64,000 bases of DNA from Squalus acanthias (lineage: Eukaryota): positions 78,988,001 to 79,052,000 of the forward strand of contig CM059438.1 of assembly GCA_030390025.1 (NCBI GenBank). Reading direction: 5' to 3'. Positions 38,201 through 51,028 of the stretch are shown piece by piece. A model generated the notes under the pieces. The model was not told the origin of the DNA. It was given only the letters and a program-made list of their open reading frames with translations, and ran no database searches. The translations under genes and the position numbers were made by a program. Numbering within the stretch: position 1 is the first letter of the stretch; every line of letters starts with the position of its first letter.

Positions 38201-40166
38201 GTGAGTATGCATTATTTTGTGGGGGGAGCTTTTACTGTACTTTAAATAATCAGTGTCCATAACTAACTTGAAATGGTTCAGTATAGAGTGCCATCTTATG
38301 GAAATATTTTGTATTGCATGAAAGTTTCTCAGTTCTGCTAAAATTGTGATATATGTTGCTAAACATTTGTTAATATAGAATATAACATCAAACCTTTTTA
38401 TAATGCTACATATTTGTGTGCAATCTTGTAATAAAGGAAAGTCAGATTGAAATTAGGATGATGGTTTAACAAGCAGCTTGTCAATTCGTTAACGATTGTC
38501 GTCACTTAAAATTTAAAGGGGAGTTTGCTGAGCACTCATTTTAAAATGTTTGAGTTATGCATGTTGCCATAAAGCAGATTATTTCCCCAGACAAGCAGTT
38601 CTTAACCAGAAGACCTTGTTTGACAGTTCTGTGCCACAATGATGTAGTTCTGTGCAACTGAAAAATAATTTGTTTAATCTGGAATTTTAAGATTTACAGA
38701 ATCCCCTTTGTTTTCAAAGATCTGTTTAAGAAAGGTTTTTATAGCTACACTTCCTTTCTTTTTAAAGATGGTAATGTAGCAAGAAGATTCTTCGTTGTAT
38801 TAGATTTAAAATACTACTTGGATAACTTGGCAATTGCTTAGAACTTTTTTTTTTCCACTTTAGGAATTTATTGGCAGCAGGTTACATTACTGAATCTCTG
38901 CCTGAAACTCCAGCGATCGGTGCCGGTCTAATATTATATTCCATATACGTGTGCACAGCTAGGTAGCCAAGAGCTGAAGGGCAGTAATGCCTTGCTATCA
39001 AAATCTACAAGAGCAGAGCTCAAGCAATTTATAAAAATAAATTAATTCAAACATTGTGTTGTCTAGTGCTTCTCTTATGTACCTGTTATTACATATAATA
39101 GAGACTAAAGGGTACTTAGTGATTTCAAAGCAATAATTAATTGAAGAGTTCAGATATAGACGTTAACAGCAAAAGCATAGCTTGAATCCATGTATGCTTA
39201 CCATCTGATCCCTGAGAGAGGAGATTTTAGCCTTCAATTCGCATATGCTTCCATTTTGATATATCTTCCTTTTATTTTGACAGCAGCAGATATCATGTTA
39301 GATCTTTCCCACATTGTTTTCTCTTTGCTATTCTTTTCCCTTCACCTTTCCCACCAGAAATTCCCATTGCCTGACCGGATGAAATGGGTGGCCTGCTCCC
39401 TAGCCATTGGCAGTGTGCTCTTGGCTGTCTGCCGTGAAATGCAGCAAAGGGAGGCCTGTGGAGAATCCCCATCTGAGTTTCTCTTCTCCTCGCCTCCCTT
39501 GCAGAAGGCCCCAAATCTCACTTCAGCAGGCCAGCTGTATTGTCACCACTGCTTCCCCTAGCTAAAATCAACCATTTACAGCACAGACCAAGAATTGAAC
39601 ATGGAACATGGCTCAGTTCCATACTCCACGATGCATTTACCTGATAGGCCATCAGAGAAGACTCAAAGTACGAACTCTAAGTTGGTTGTGCAGCAAGTTT
39701 TGCTGAGCTTGATTCTTGGTTCAACCAGATACATTTTCCATCCAGACTGTAATTGAGTAAGTTGAATTATTAGGCGTATCAAGCAAATAACCATGTTCCT
39801 ATTGAGCTAAATTGAAGGAGTTGGTGTCTGGAGCCTCTGGTACTAGAGCCAAGTCTTTTGAATTTGATGGCAGGCGAGAACCTTAACAGTAGTTAAAGAA
39901 ACAACTTGGCCCAATACAGTATACTAATCCACTGAGAGGGAAGGGTTGGGGTGGGAAACACTAAGCACATCTTAGTAGTTTTCTTGTACATGACAAAGAA
40001 CACTCAAGCGGCGTTACATTATTTGCCGTTGATAATGGAGGCCATCATGTTTGTTGTTTTCACACTTTTTGAGCAGTTCATAGTACTTTGCAAAGAAATT
40101 AATGGTTATAAGTGAATGACTGACTTTTTTTTTCTAATGACATAGTTTCAATTTGTGTCATTTCAG

Positions 40167-40292
40167 ATGCCTGAAGAGCAGGCTTTTAGTGTTCTGGTCA
40201 AAATCATGTTTGATTATGGACTCAGGGAACTTTTTAAACAAAATTTTGAAGATTTGCATTGCAAGTTCTATCAGCTGGAAAGACTGATGCAG
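40167..40292 (+). CDS. RABGAP1: RABGAP1 coding exon C
   Basis: tttcag|ATGCCT...ATGCAG|gtaaga. 126 nt, MPEEQAFSVLVKIMFDYGLRELFKQNFEDLHCKFYQLERLMQ. Confidence 0.97.
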
Positions 40293-42207
40293 GTAAGAAA
40301 AACAAATATTACTACACCTAAATCATCATCATCATGTGAAGAAATTACCGGTTGCACTACTGATATTTAGTAGACTTGTTGGGAGAACCTGAATTGCTAC
40401 AGCATTTATTTCACATCGAAAATGTATATTTTTTGGTTTCGTGTCATCAGAATAAATTCAGAGCAACGTGGAACTAAGTTCATCAGAACCGATGTGATTT
40501 TTTTTTTTAAGTCAAAGTTGGTAGATCTAGTATTGTAGAGTAATGATGGAAACCAAGTAAACCCAGACTACTACCACATGCTTGAACAGTAGTGAAGGAA
40601 ACTTGGGAGGCAGTTGTTGCCCCATTCTCTTGCTCACAGAATAGTGCAATATAAAAGGAGGCTGGGAGAGGAAGAAGAGAATAGAAAAGGAGTCTTGTCT
40701 CGCTCTGTTCTAATCTCTGAAGGATATAGTGTCATTTCTGTTTATAATTTAAAAAAATATGGACAGATAAGTTCAGTGTTAGGTAGTTTGGAAAATTTCC
40801 CTCTTTCTAGTTTATGATTAACCTTTAAACCACTGAAGTATTTTGCTAAAAATATAGGTAATTTGCGTAAGGCTTAGTATTAATCATTTCTGTATCCAAT
40901 TTTACCCTTAGAAAGCAAGCCATTTGCTGATGGATATGTTTTCCTTGGCATTATCATACCATAATTGTTGTTAGATTTCACATGCACTATAAATGGATCA
41001 GTTTTCCATGGTTATTGTCTCCATGGAGCCTGCATTCAAAGTGCTGCTTAAAAGAGGATGCTTTTAATGGAAAAATAGGCAAGTACAGTCAGTAGATTAA
41101 GTAACGTGGATATTAATTCAAGTTTCTGTTGCCTTGTAATAGTTGTATCTCCACATTATCTTCTGTAAACTCACAGCTTCTAAAAGCTATATTTAAATGG
41201 GTTGCCAGTGAACGGTTTTCAGTGCAGTGAAAAATTTTCCACACAAGCTGTTTGTTTTACTCAGTACATGAATAGATTTGACCTGGTTATTTAAGCAGTG
41301 CATTGTATATTTTGATCTAAAACGTTAGAACAGACCTACATGCTTTTGAAACTGTTTCAAGTGACTCCAGAATAATAGTGGAACAAAAGCTTGTTCTGAA
41401 AAATCAGAATGTAAATTGAGATAAGTAATACGAGTTGTGTTTAAAGGGAGTTTAACTAAACAACCTAGTCATCCATTACAAAAAATATATACTTGAAGAT
41501 ATTGGGTGCAGAGTTGAGTCTAAAGGACAGTCGCTAGAATTGGATGTACTTAAGTGCCACTTGAAAACCTTCCATGCCATTCCCTGACTGTTAAAGTAGG
41601 TCACCTTAAGATTGGTAGTGAGCAAATAGGCGCACTGCCTAAAAGATGGTGAGTAGGATGATCATTGTGAGTTTTTATTGTCTAGTTGTTCAACTTTCTG
41701 AGATTGAGGATTATTCTGAATCCTAATGTGATCTAGAACACAAAGTAGCATAATCAAACCCATTCCTTTCTCGACTCCAACTGCCTAACCTTTTTACTGG
41801 TCTTCAGATACCACTTCAATTGCATAATTGTTCAATAGACTTTTTGGTTCTTGTGCCAATACACCACTTAGGAGAAGTGGTCCTGCCAAGGCTAAGCATA
41901 TAATAGGCACACCATAATGGATCCTTTGCCTGTTGTCTGTTTAAAATAGGAGGTATTTGGCTATTAAATGATTAATTATTCCATGACACAACCATAATCA
42001 AAAAGCAGCTTCCAGGAGTTGATTAAAATTGAAAAACTGGACCGAACACACATTTGAATTCCAGGGAACTCTCATTTTTGAATAATGAACTAAAAGTTCT
42101 GTCAATTTCCAAGGTGACATCTAGTAACCAAGTGTTTGTTTGGGGACTCAGGTGGTCCTTGCATGTTTGCCTCTTGTGGTTCTGAGGATCTTGCAGCCAC
42201 TCCTTAC

Positions 42208-42365
42208 CAATGTTCACTTTTTTTTTGGTGCGCGGTCCCTTTAACGGGCTGCGCGGCCCATTCAAATTTTCGCGCATGCATGGTTTCTTGCATTGAAAAG
42301 CCGACGAGCGGCCTGTGTGGGACCTCCGGACTGCTGCGTGGCCACGCAGCTTTGCGGGAACGTTG
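42208..42365. mobile_element. 158-bp hAT-like MITE
   Basis: Terminal inverted repeats caatgttc / gaacgttg. Imperfect 8-bp target duplication ctccttac / ttccttcc. GC- and CpG-rich interior. Confidence 0.68.
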
Positions 42366-42579
42366 TTCCTTCCTCAAGGGGACAGTACTTATTCCTCTCA
42401 ACTTGATGAGCATGGACAGTAATTTGGTCTAATCTGTTTTTGTGGCTTCTGTTTCTAAATTTAATCTCCTGTTGCTACTTGAGAATTCCTGAACTTTTTA
42501 TCACTTTTTTCATCGTAACTTGGTATTTACTTTTGATTGTTGTTATAATGTACTTGGATTACTTTTTTTTCTTGTACAC

Positions 42580-42755
42580 CTACAACCAACACCTAAAACA
42601 GATGATCTGGTCATTATCTCTGTTTGTGGGACCTTGCTGTGTGCAAACTGGCTGCCGTGTTTCCTTATATTACAACAGTGGCTACATTTCAAAAGTACTT
42701 CATTGGTTGTAAAGCACTTTGAGGCGTCCTGAGGTTGTCAATGCGTCTGTCTTTT
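42580..42755 (+). mobile_element. DeuSINE 3' half
   Basis: Matches 62385-62575 (aacagat.atctggtcattatc, caaaagtacttcattgg.tgtaaagc). Confidence 0.85.
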
Positions 42756-43042
42756 TCTTCCATAAAAATAAACAAAAATTGCGCAGTGCAATTTACACAT
42801 CACAGTGTGACTGATGCCAACAGTACCAAAAAAATAAGATGTGTTTACAGAAAGCAGGAAGGCAAATTCAAAACTTATGGCTGTAAAGGGCCTCTAAAGG
42901 GCAAGTAACTTCTTTAATATTCCTATACTGAATTGGGCACTTTTAGTGAGTGTACCTATATTCAAGAATGGTCACTGCTACATCTGAAGGCGAGTGGTCT
43001 GTCTTTTACTGTGCTACTAATAAATATTGTCTTTATTTTCAG

Positions 43043-43186
43043 GAGTACATTCCAGATTTGTACAATCACTTCTTAAATATCAGTCTTGAAGCACACATGT
43101 ATGCCTCCCAGTGGTTTCTTACTCTGTTCACTGCTAAGTTCCCACTCTATATGGTCTTCCACATCATTGACCTGCTACTCTGTGAG
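43043..43186 (+). CDS. RABGAP1: RABGAP1 coding exon D
   Basis: tttcag|GAGTAC...TGTGAG|gtaagt. 144 nt, EYIPDLYNHFLNISLEAHMYASQWFLTLFTAKFPLYMVFHIIDLLLCE. Confidence 0.97.
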
Positions 43187-43787
43187 GTAAGTGTATTTTT
43201 TAAAGTGAACCGTTGGGATATCAAGTTTAATTTACCAAAAGAACTATTGATTACAAGATTGTAAAAATCTTAACGGGTTGAGTTATATTAAATTGTACAC
43301 AAGAATGCTTATGAAGACCTTGTGTCCTTCCTTTCATTCATTTGTCTCCACTTTTAATTTCATGCTTGTTCTTTTTTGTATTTCTTTTCCTTCTCTCATT
43401 TCTGCGCTGTATTTTTTTAAGAACATATTAGAACGTCACTACGCGACCACCCAGAGGACTGTGACTGATTTAGCGCACTGGTTGAGTTAGAGGGTGCTCT
43501 CCATTTGTGTGCCAGAAACAGCTTCGCACGTTGGATGAATCAGCTATTGTGTGGCTGGACAGTCATGACTCAGCTACAGGTGATTCTCCTCACTTGCTAC
43601 AACTGATCCTGGCCACAAACCGTGGTTCAAGTGCACTAGAAATCTTTCCAATTTCTGAAAAATACCTTTGTATCCTCTACTTGTGCTCTATATCAGCCAC
43701 GGCTGTTCCATGGTTCCCCAATGCAACAAGGAAAAGTTGAGAACAATTACACTTGAATTAGATACTGAAATATAGATTTAATACAGT

Positions 43788-44200
43788 AGGAACATAGGAA
43801 TGTACAGGATCATTTTGTTGAATCTGATCGGCCCTCTGCTTCAAGAGCAGCGTATACGCAATGTTTCCTGTATCTTTCGATTGATTTTCTTGCCAAATCC
43901 CTGTCTAACTTCCTCTTAAAATTACTGATGTTATCAGCCTTGATTGCTTCCTTGGGCAGTCTATTCCAAACATTTACTATCCTTTTGTGTGAAATAGTTG
44001 CAAGTAATTTGTTAATTCATCTTCCCTCTTCTGAGCTTCATCCCACGCTTCTTGCGATCATTCTCGGGGCCAAGATAAACTAGTCTGCGCCATTAAGAAT
44101 CTTGAATACCTTTAATAAGGTCCCCCCCTCATTCTTCTCTAGGGTAAACAAGCTCACCTCAATAGTCTCTCCTTGTAGCTTGGGTTTCTGATGTCCGTTT
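43788..44200 (-). mobile_element. Old CR1 3' fragment
   Basis: aggaacatagg tail, cttgggcagtctattcca and cttgaatacctttaataaggtccccccctc, all CR1-like on the minus strand. Confidence 0.6.
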
Positions 44201-46319
44201 TCTGAGTGGTCAAGAGAATGGGACAAAATTTATGTACGTAATAATTTTGAAATGACATTTTCAAAAAAAGCAGTTGAGTTTAAAGGAGTGGTAAACTTAA
44301 GGTTCAGTTGTATGTTTTCCCCTTTGGAGATGCTGATCAGCTACTGCCTGACAGACCCAATTAAAAAAACATGAAAGGGTAGGAGATAAAATGCTGTGGT
44401 CCAGTGCTGACAGAGAATAAATAGGTTGTATTGAGTTGGAGAATGTTAACCATCTGTTAAAATTACAAATGAGCAAGGAGCAAATTTGGTTGTCAAAAAA
44501 TAACATTTGTCCAAAGAATAATTGGGAAGCAGATGTAGTGAAAGACAGGCTGAGGATTAATGGTGTTGACTTTAACTTTCAAGCCTTTCACCTCCATCAG
44601 AATATTGTCAACATCCAAAATGTTCTTTAAACATGAAAATATGTTTACTCAGATCCATAAACCCTGTTTGTGGGTAAAAATAATACAGCGCCCCGCCCCG
44701 CCCCCCCCCCCCCCCCCAATACAAACCAGTCAAAATTGTTTGTGGGCTTAGGCTGAGCACAATCGCATATTGTGATACCAAGCATGAAAAGCACCTATAC
44801 ACTATCGGTAGGGCATTTCTCTATTTGGGAGCCATGCAGATACAGCTTATTTTTTCTGAAGTACAGCAGCAAAAGAGCATTAAGCGAGACTGTACAAATA
44901 GTTTGCTTATCTGCTATTTAATCATGAAAATAGTTGTACTTTTATATTAGCCACATGGTGGCGCTGTTTCGGACAACCAATTTATTTAGAATGATTAGAT
45001 GCTACTGAAATGTTTCATCAGGTCTGTGTATGTTTATCAGTGTATTGAATAATATACTTTTGATCACGGTATGTTTAAACAGTGGTTTTGTTTGACATTT
45101 TTAACTTTTGTCAAACAGACATTACTTCTAGGCTATAAATATGTTTAAGATTCTAGGTATCTGAAATTTCAGCTGAGGTGTGGTTTCAAGGAAGGGAGTA
45201 GTCCTTTGCAAAAAGGTTACATTTTTGATAGATTCAGTTCACAAATAGCTGTGACCAAAGATTTAAGTTATCCAGATAGCTATTATACTAAAAAATCATT
45301 TTGAAAACCAGTCATTAAGTATTGTACTACAATTGACAGCTTCCCCATTCATCCATGCCTGGCGCAGGTGATTTACATTAAGTTGTATACTCTCTCTAGT
45401 TCACTTGCCTTTTCTATTAAGTCCATAGCCCCCAAGTTCTATGATGGAATAAGAGAAAGAGATTTAATTTAAGCACCAGAAATTTTGTGCTTATTCTGAG
45501 AATGCAGGATTTCAGCATAGATTGCGGTCCACTCAGTCAGTGAGATCTTTTGTTTTTGAGTAATGGATTTAACATTGCAGTGTGTAAAGGCTGTGGGACA
45601 GCACTTTGTTTTTCATCAATTTGTATTGAATGGGATCTTCTGGTGTGAACAGGTATATTATACTGGTGTTGAAGGTCCCTCCAGACTAAAGCTCGTTTTA
45701 ACATTCAATGCCGATTTCCCTAGAACCACCTCCATTTTAAATTTCATGTTGCACTGATTCAGATGTATTCCAATATAATTGGGACATCCTGAAGTCGTGA
45801 AAGGCGCTATAAAAATGCAAGTTCATATAAACTGTAAATGGATGTACTACTGGATTCCCTTTGTCCCAATTTTGGCTGTCCTATTCGCTGCTGCTGCTAC
45901 CACCTACTCTCTATCTTAATGAGTCTGCACTAATCCTATTCCAGCCACCCAAATAAATTGTATGCAGGGCGTGTAGAAAAAAAAAATCCAAATCTTGGAA
46001 CTGCACTGGTTGAGACCCTGCAGTGTAACCAGGGTAATGGAGAAATATATCAATACGATTCTGCTGGCAACAACACTTGCATTTAAATGTGCAGGGATTT
46101 GTAGATGAGGTTGAGTATTTTGAATTTGTTGGGGGATTGTAAGACAGCATAGGTCGGCAAGGATGGAGTGCTGGGAGTAGCAAGTACAGGTCCATGATGC
46201 AACCAGCACAGCTGTAAATTCAATGTCCCACAGTAATAACATTTATAAACAGTGTAAAGGTACTTACTGTGCTTTGGCAATAGACAAAGTCTGTTAAACC
46301 CTGTTTGCCAATTTTCCTG

Positions 46320-46560
46320 TCTCCATTTCTTCCTCTCCTGAAGACTCCTGACTGGTTGCTGGGGCACTGTACACCCTTCGGTGCCTTGCCCAAGTGGCGG
46401 CTGTTCATGTGAGCTTTCAGTTTTGGCAGCTATTTAACCACAGGAGGGATCACAGCTGAGCCTGATCTGGGCCGCATGCCCGTGCATGCTTTCAACAGGA
46501 ATTGCTGGGCAGTGACCAAGAACCAGAAACCTGGCCACTTTTCCCCTCTTTAACCCAGGA
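46320..46560 (-). repeat. Ancient interspersed repeat, probably a SINE; related copies at ~39340-39660, ~50390-50715 and inverted at ~59065-59285
   Basis: Recurring degenerate blocks: cctgaag(a/g)ct, cccaagt.g.c...ttcatgtg, cagtgagtg..agt, and cacagac/t...gcattta. Confidence 0.45.
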
Positions 46561-46749
46561 TGCTGAGGCTTTGTCTGATCAGAATAACTTAGCTGCCTAC
46601 TCCATAAACTAGTTACTTTATTAAGCACTGGTTACCATCAACTTCTTATGGGAAATAATATCTCTGCAATGGATTTCTAAGTCATGTGAGCTTTTTTAGC
46701 AGTTATTACACTGCAGATGAAGGATTGTTGTGTGCTGAAGATGTTACAC

Positions 46750-47900
46750 AGCATTGGAAGCAAGCAAACGTACCTATGTTCACAAAAGGGAAAAAAATCT
46801 GATCAGGCAGACCAGTTAGCCTAAGATTAATCTTGGATAAAATAATAGAAATCATTCAAAGGACTAATGCAGTAGTAGCTTAATAACATAATAAACAGCC
46901 CGAAGAAGAAGATCCTCTTTGACAAATCTCAATTTCTTTCAGAGTATTATAAATAAAATTGAGTGGAACTCCCCCATGATAGTTTATTTGGACTTTCAGA
47001 AAACCTTTGACAGTCTCCTACATGAAAGACTTCTAGTAAAACTACAAACAGTTGCAGGGTAAATTGGGCAACTAGAAAAGAAGTTGGGTAAATAATAGGA
47101 TACAGAGCACTAGTGAGAGCTTTAGTGTTAGACAAAGGAAGATGTTGGAGTACACAAATGTCAGTGCATATGTCCCCATTGTTTAATATCAAACTTAATG
47201 CAAAAACTAATTAAGTTCATTAAGTATACATGCAATACTAAAATAGAGAATAGTAGTAGGATACAATTAACAATATAGAGCAATTGGGTATACAGATAAT
47301 AAATGAAAATAGGTATTGCATTTAAGGCAAAAAAAAAATGAGCAAGAGGATAGAGTTAACATAGATCTAGAAAGAGACTTGAAAGTGACAGTAGCCTTGT
47401 TACTTTTAAAGATAGAAAAAAACTTGCATCTGATAGTAACTTTCACATCCTCAGGATGTCCCAAACTGCTTCATAGCAAATGAATTGCTTTTGAAGTTGT
47501 TTTGTAGGCAAATAATATGGAGCGGCAATTTGGGAAAAAAACCACAGACAGTACAATGTTGGGCTAAATGGCAAGAACAGTGAATCAACCAAATCTTTGC
47601 TGAGACTTTAGAATGCACTGGTCAGACCACACTTGGAACTGTGTACCGTTTAGGGCACAATGCTTCAAAGGGGGCATAAATGCATTGTAGGATGTGAATG
47701 CACAAGAGTAATATGAATGATTCCAACTGTAGAGGATAAGCTATGAGGAAAGATTAGCAAAGTAAACTTAAAGTGGTTATTTTAGTTAGATTATTTCAAA
47801 CATTATAAAGAAAATTTATCAGGTTAGCAAAGTTCAAAATATAGTTGGTCACACTGAGTAAGTTGATCTAGCAGGAAAGGAATGAGCCTCAATGGGCAGA
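46750..47900 (+). mobile_element. Very old CR1 RT remnants, with a DeuSINE tail (minus strand) at ~47420-47540
   Basis: WKQANVPMFTKG-like and VYLDFQKTFD motifs, plus gcactggtcagaccacacttgga. Confidence 0.6.
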
Positions 47901-48951
47901 ATAATCTTTTCTCTCCCTTGACTTTTTCTTTTGTTTAAAAAAAAAATCAGCTTTTAGCCCAAGTTTTTATTTTCTTTTAGAAAAGAATTAATATGCAAAT
48001 ATTAATCTAGATGTAAGCCATCATTATAAAATTTCATGCATCTAGATCAGGGACTTTGTGTCAAAGTTACATGTTTTATCGAGTACACCACCCCCCCCCC
48101 GAAAAATTTTTTACTTGCGTGCTCCGAATTTAATCTTCCTTGTTTTGCTTTAAAAACAATAGTGCAGCCTGTGTGCAAGTTAAAGCAGTAGATGAAGCAG
48201 GTCATGAATTTTGTTTGTTTAAAATACCAAAATAGTTGAAAGAACATTTTTGTTTCAATAATAGTCTTGACTGCTGTTTTACTGTCATGTTTTTTCCCCT
48301 AAAGTAACATGGCTAAAGATGGCAATTGTGAATGTTGTATTAAATTATGTTAATCACGTCTTGTGTGGAATTCAACAAACGTCCTTTTCACTGAAAAGCT
48401 TAGGGCCTGAGAAATGAAAGAATACATTTTAACAAACTAGAAATGCATCAACATTTGAACACACTCTCTATTGGAAGCCCTGGCCTACACACTCACGGTC
48501 CTACATCTGTTTGGATTTAACCAGTATTGTTGCCTGTAATATTGAATATGCCAATCTGTGAATTGAGCGAATTGCTGCCTGATGCAAATGGAAATGCTGT
48601 TGAACTTAAGGCCGCCTTGTCAAAATTGTTGCTGTAGTTCCATTGTGGCCGAACACAGTGGGCCATTGTGCTGTTCTGTTCTCACCAGTCAGTCAATCCT
48701 CCGCTTTCAGTATCAAAAATAAAAATGCATTTGCTTTTACATAGGAATAGCAGATCAGCTACGCTTAATTAAGCTGCTGTGTCTGGTTTATCTTGGGCTC
48801 CTGAGCATTTAAAACCAAAGCAGAAGTTAGCAATAGATGGTTAATAATTTTCTTGAAATTGTTTACATAATATGTACTTGTAGACTGTGTGAAAAATGAA
48901 TTTGGAAATGTTTTCTTGCAAGCTTACCTAAACTTTTGTAACTTTTTTAAG

Positions 48952-48993
48952 GGGATAAGTGTTATCTTCAATGTTGCACTTGCTTTACTGAAG
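48952..48993 (+). CDS. RABGAP1: RABGAP1 coding exon E (42-nt small exon)
   Basis: ttttttaag|GGGATA...CTGAAG|gtaaga. GISVIFNVALALLK. The acceptor is AAG. Confidence 0.95.
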
Positions 48994-49720
48994 GTAAGAT
49001 CACAACTTTTCTTACACATTCACTGTGGTGTAAATGATGGTGTTTATATTTGTCAGTGTTTATCTCCACCAAAAGTGGAAACATTGTCATTGTTTATCTT
49101 ACTTCGTAAATGTTTTCACTTTGTTATTAGCATGCAAATACGAATTTAGATGTAAGCCATCATTAAAGATCTCCTGATTAATCTATATAGGTCATTATTA
49201 ATATTATTCTGGTGAGCTTTCAGTCATACTTTAAATTATTCTGAACGAAACCTTGTTCAGTTACATCTCATATTATGAACAAGAGCAGAATTGTAACTTG
49301 AACACTTTATATTGTAATATGCATTTGCTATTTCAGAAAGCGTTTTTAATTTTCTCTCGAGCATAGTTTGGGAATAATTCAATTTTAGATGTTTTCTGCA
49401 ATATTACTTTTAAAATGCTTTTTCCTTATAATTTGTGAACAAAATTGGGTAATACTGAGGGTGCTTCTCACCAGAAAAGTCTGTTTAGTATTCTTTCAGT
49501 ATAATCATGTTCAGTGTTTCAGCTCACGTGAGGATGGCCTGATTTAATGAAAGAATCTGATTAGAATGAGAGTAGCGATCTGAGCTATGCATTGGCACAA
49601 ACTTCATCTCTCCCAGCAGTGTGCAGAAAGGTTTATATGCCAAGATTTTACTGAATGCTGATTGTCAATTCCACAGACTTGTTCAGATAGCACTAAAATC
49701 TGTTAAAATCTCTTCTGCAG

Positions 49721-49849
49721 ACCTCAAAAGACGATCTTCTGTTAACAGACTTTGAAGGGGCCTTAAAGTTTTTCCGTGTTCAGCTTCCTAAAAGGTATCG
49801 CTCGGAGGAAAATGCTAAAAAGCTGATGGAGCTGGCTTGCAGCATGAAG
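49721..49849 (+). CDS. RABGAP1: RABGAP1 coding exon F
   Basis: tctgcag|ACCTCA...ATGAAG|gtaatc. 129 nt, TSKDDLLLTDFEGALKFFRVQLPKRYRSEENAKKLMELACSMK. Confidence 0.96.
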
Positions 49850-50935
49850 GTAATCAAGTAAACATTTGATACATGCTTGGTATTCAGTGCAGAAGCAAAC
49901 ACTTAAACTAGACTTAAATGTTTTTAGAATTTTATTCAATTGCATCTTTTGAAAAAATGTTCAGCTGTACACAACTAGATAGAGCATTGAATTATTCTGG
50001 CAAAACACATGGTATAAATATGAATTTTCTAAGTCTCAGTTCAGTGCAGGATTAAATTTTGTAAAAAGCTGGTAAATGTATTTTTGTTTCTTTTTAAATC
50101 CACTTTATTTAGGATTACAGATTGGACATGATTGCTTTAACAGATACTTTGAGGTCATTCCCATTGTGGTTGTTTTTTCTTTTATCTCTCTAATAGATAT
50201 GCTGGTGTAATTGCAAACACAGTCGTGCTCTGAAATTTTTGGACACAAGTGAAAGCAATTTTTCTCTGAAGAGTTGTGCCCAGGAAGTTCTTTGTATTTC
50301 TTCCTAATTTTTTTGTTAAAGTTCCATTGTGTTGTATTGCTATCATCGGTGTTTTTTGTTTTCTTTCAACCCCCCATATCGTACCCATACTTTGCTGAAG
50401 GGTTGACTCAGTCCAATTGGTGGTGATGGTCCTACCACGTCTTGTGCAACTTACCCAGGACAGTGAGTGCCAGTGAGCCATTCGAATGTGGGAGCCTGTC
50501 ACGATATGTCCACCTATGTGCGTGCACTTTCTGCATATATGTGGAGGTTTCCAGATGACAACCCCTAGCTAACTAATATTCCCCCTCCCCCCAGTGCAAG
50601 GCTGCTGGAACAAGTTCTACTGCTGCCCTGGATCAGTGGCGAGCTCCACACAGATCAGGGATTGATTCTACTTCTCTGTAGACCACACAGTGCATTTACT
50701 TACTGATCCATCAGTCCAGCTACTAGTAACCTTGATTTAAAATACATATAATGATCACCAATTATAAGAACAGTCCATTTTTATACAGGTGCTCACTGAT
50801 GAGAACTTATTTCTTTAGGTAAACAACATGTTCTCCTATCAGTGCTTCATGTTACTACTAAAGTATAAACTGAAAAATAAATTTACTGCTGTTTAATTTG
50901 AAAATGTTTAATTTATTAATGTCCATAATATACAG

Positions 50936-51028
50936 ATCAGCCAGAAAAAGCTTAAGAAATACGAAAAGGAATACCTGGTAATGCGGGAACAACAGGCTCA
51001 ACAGGAAGACCCTGTCGAAAGGTTTGAG
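50936..51028 (+). CDS. RABGAP1: RABGAP1 coding exon G
   Basis: tacag|ATCAGC...TTTGAG|gtagga. 93 nt, ISQKKLKKYEKEYLVMREQQAQQEDPVERFE. ISQKK is RABGAP1-type rather than the VPTKK I recall for RABGAP1L. Confidence 0.95.

Noticed and set aside
4945-46020. hAT/MER5-like termini (tagtggttctcaaact ~4945, cactggttctctaaact ~11442, ggttgagaccctg ~46010)
   Set aside because: I could not pair ends or find TSDs, so there is too little to call an element.
27131-50810. Other CTGATGA hits (e.g. ~27132, ~30860, ~50796) as hammerheads or C/D snoRNAs
   Set aside because: None has a helix II followed by GAAA, or a convincing box C/box D pair with a terminal stem.
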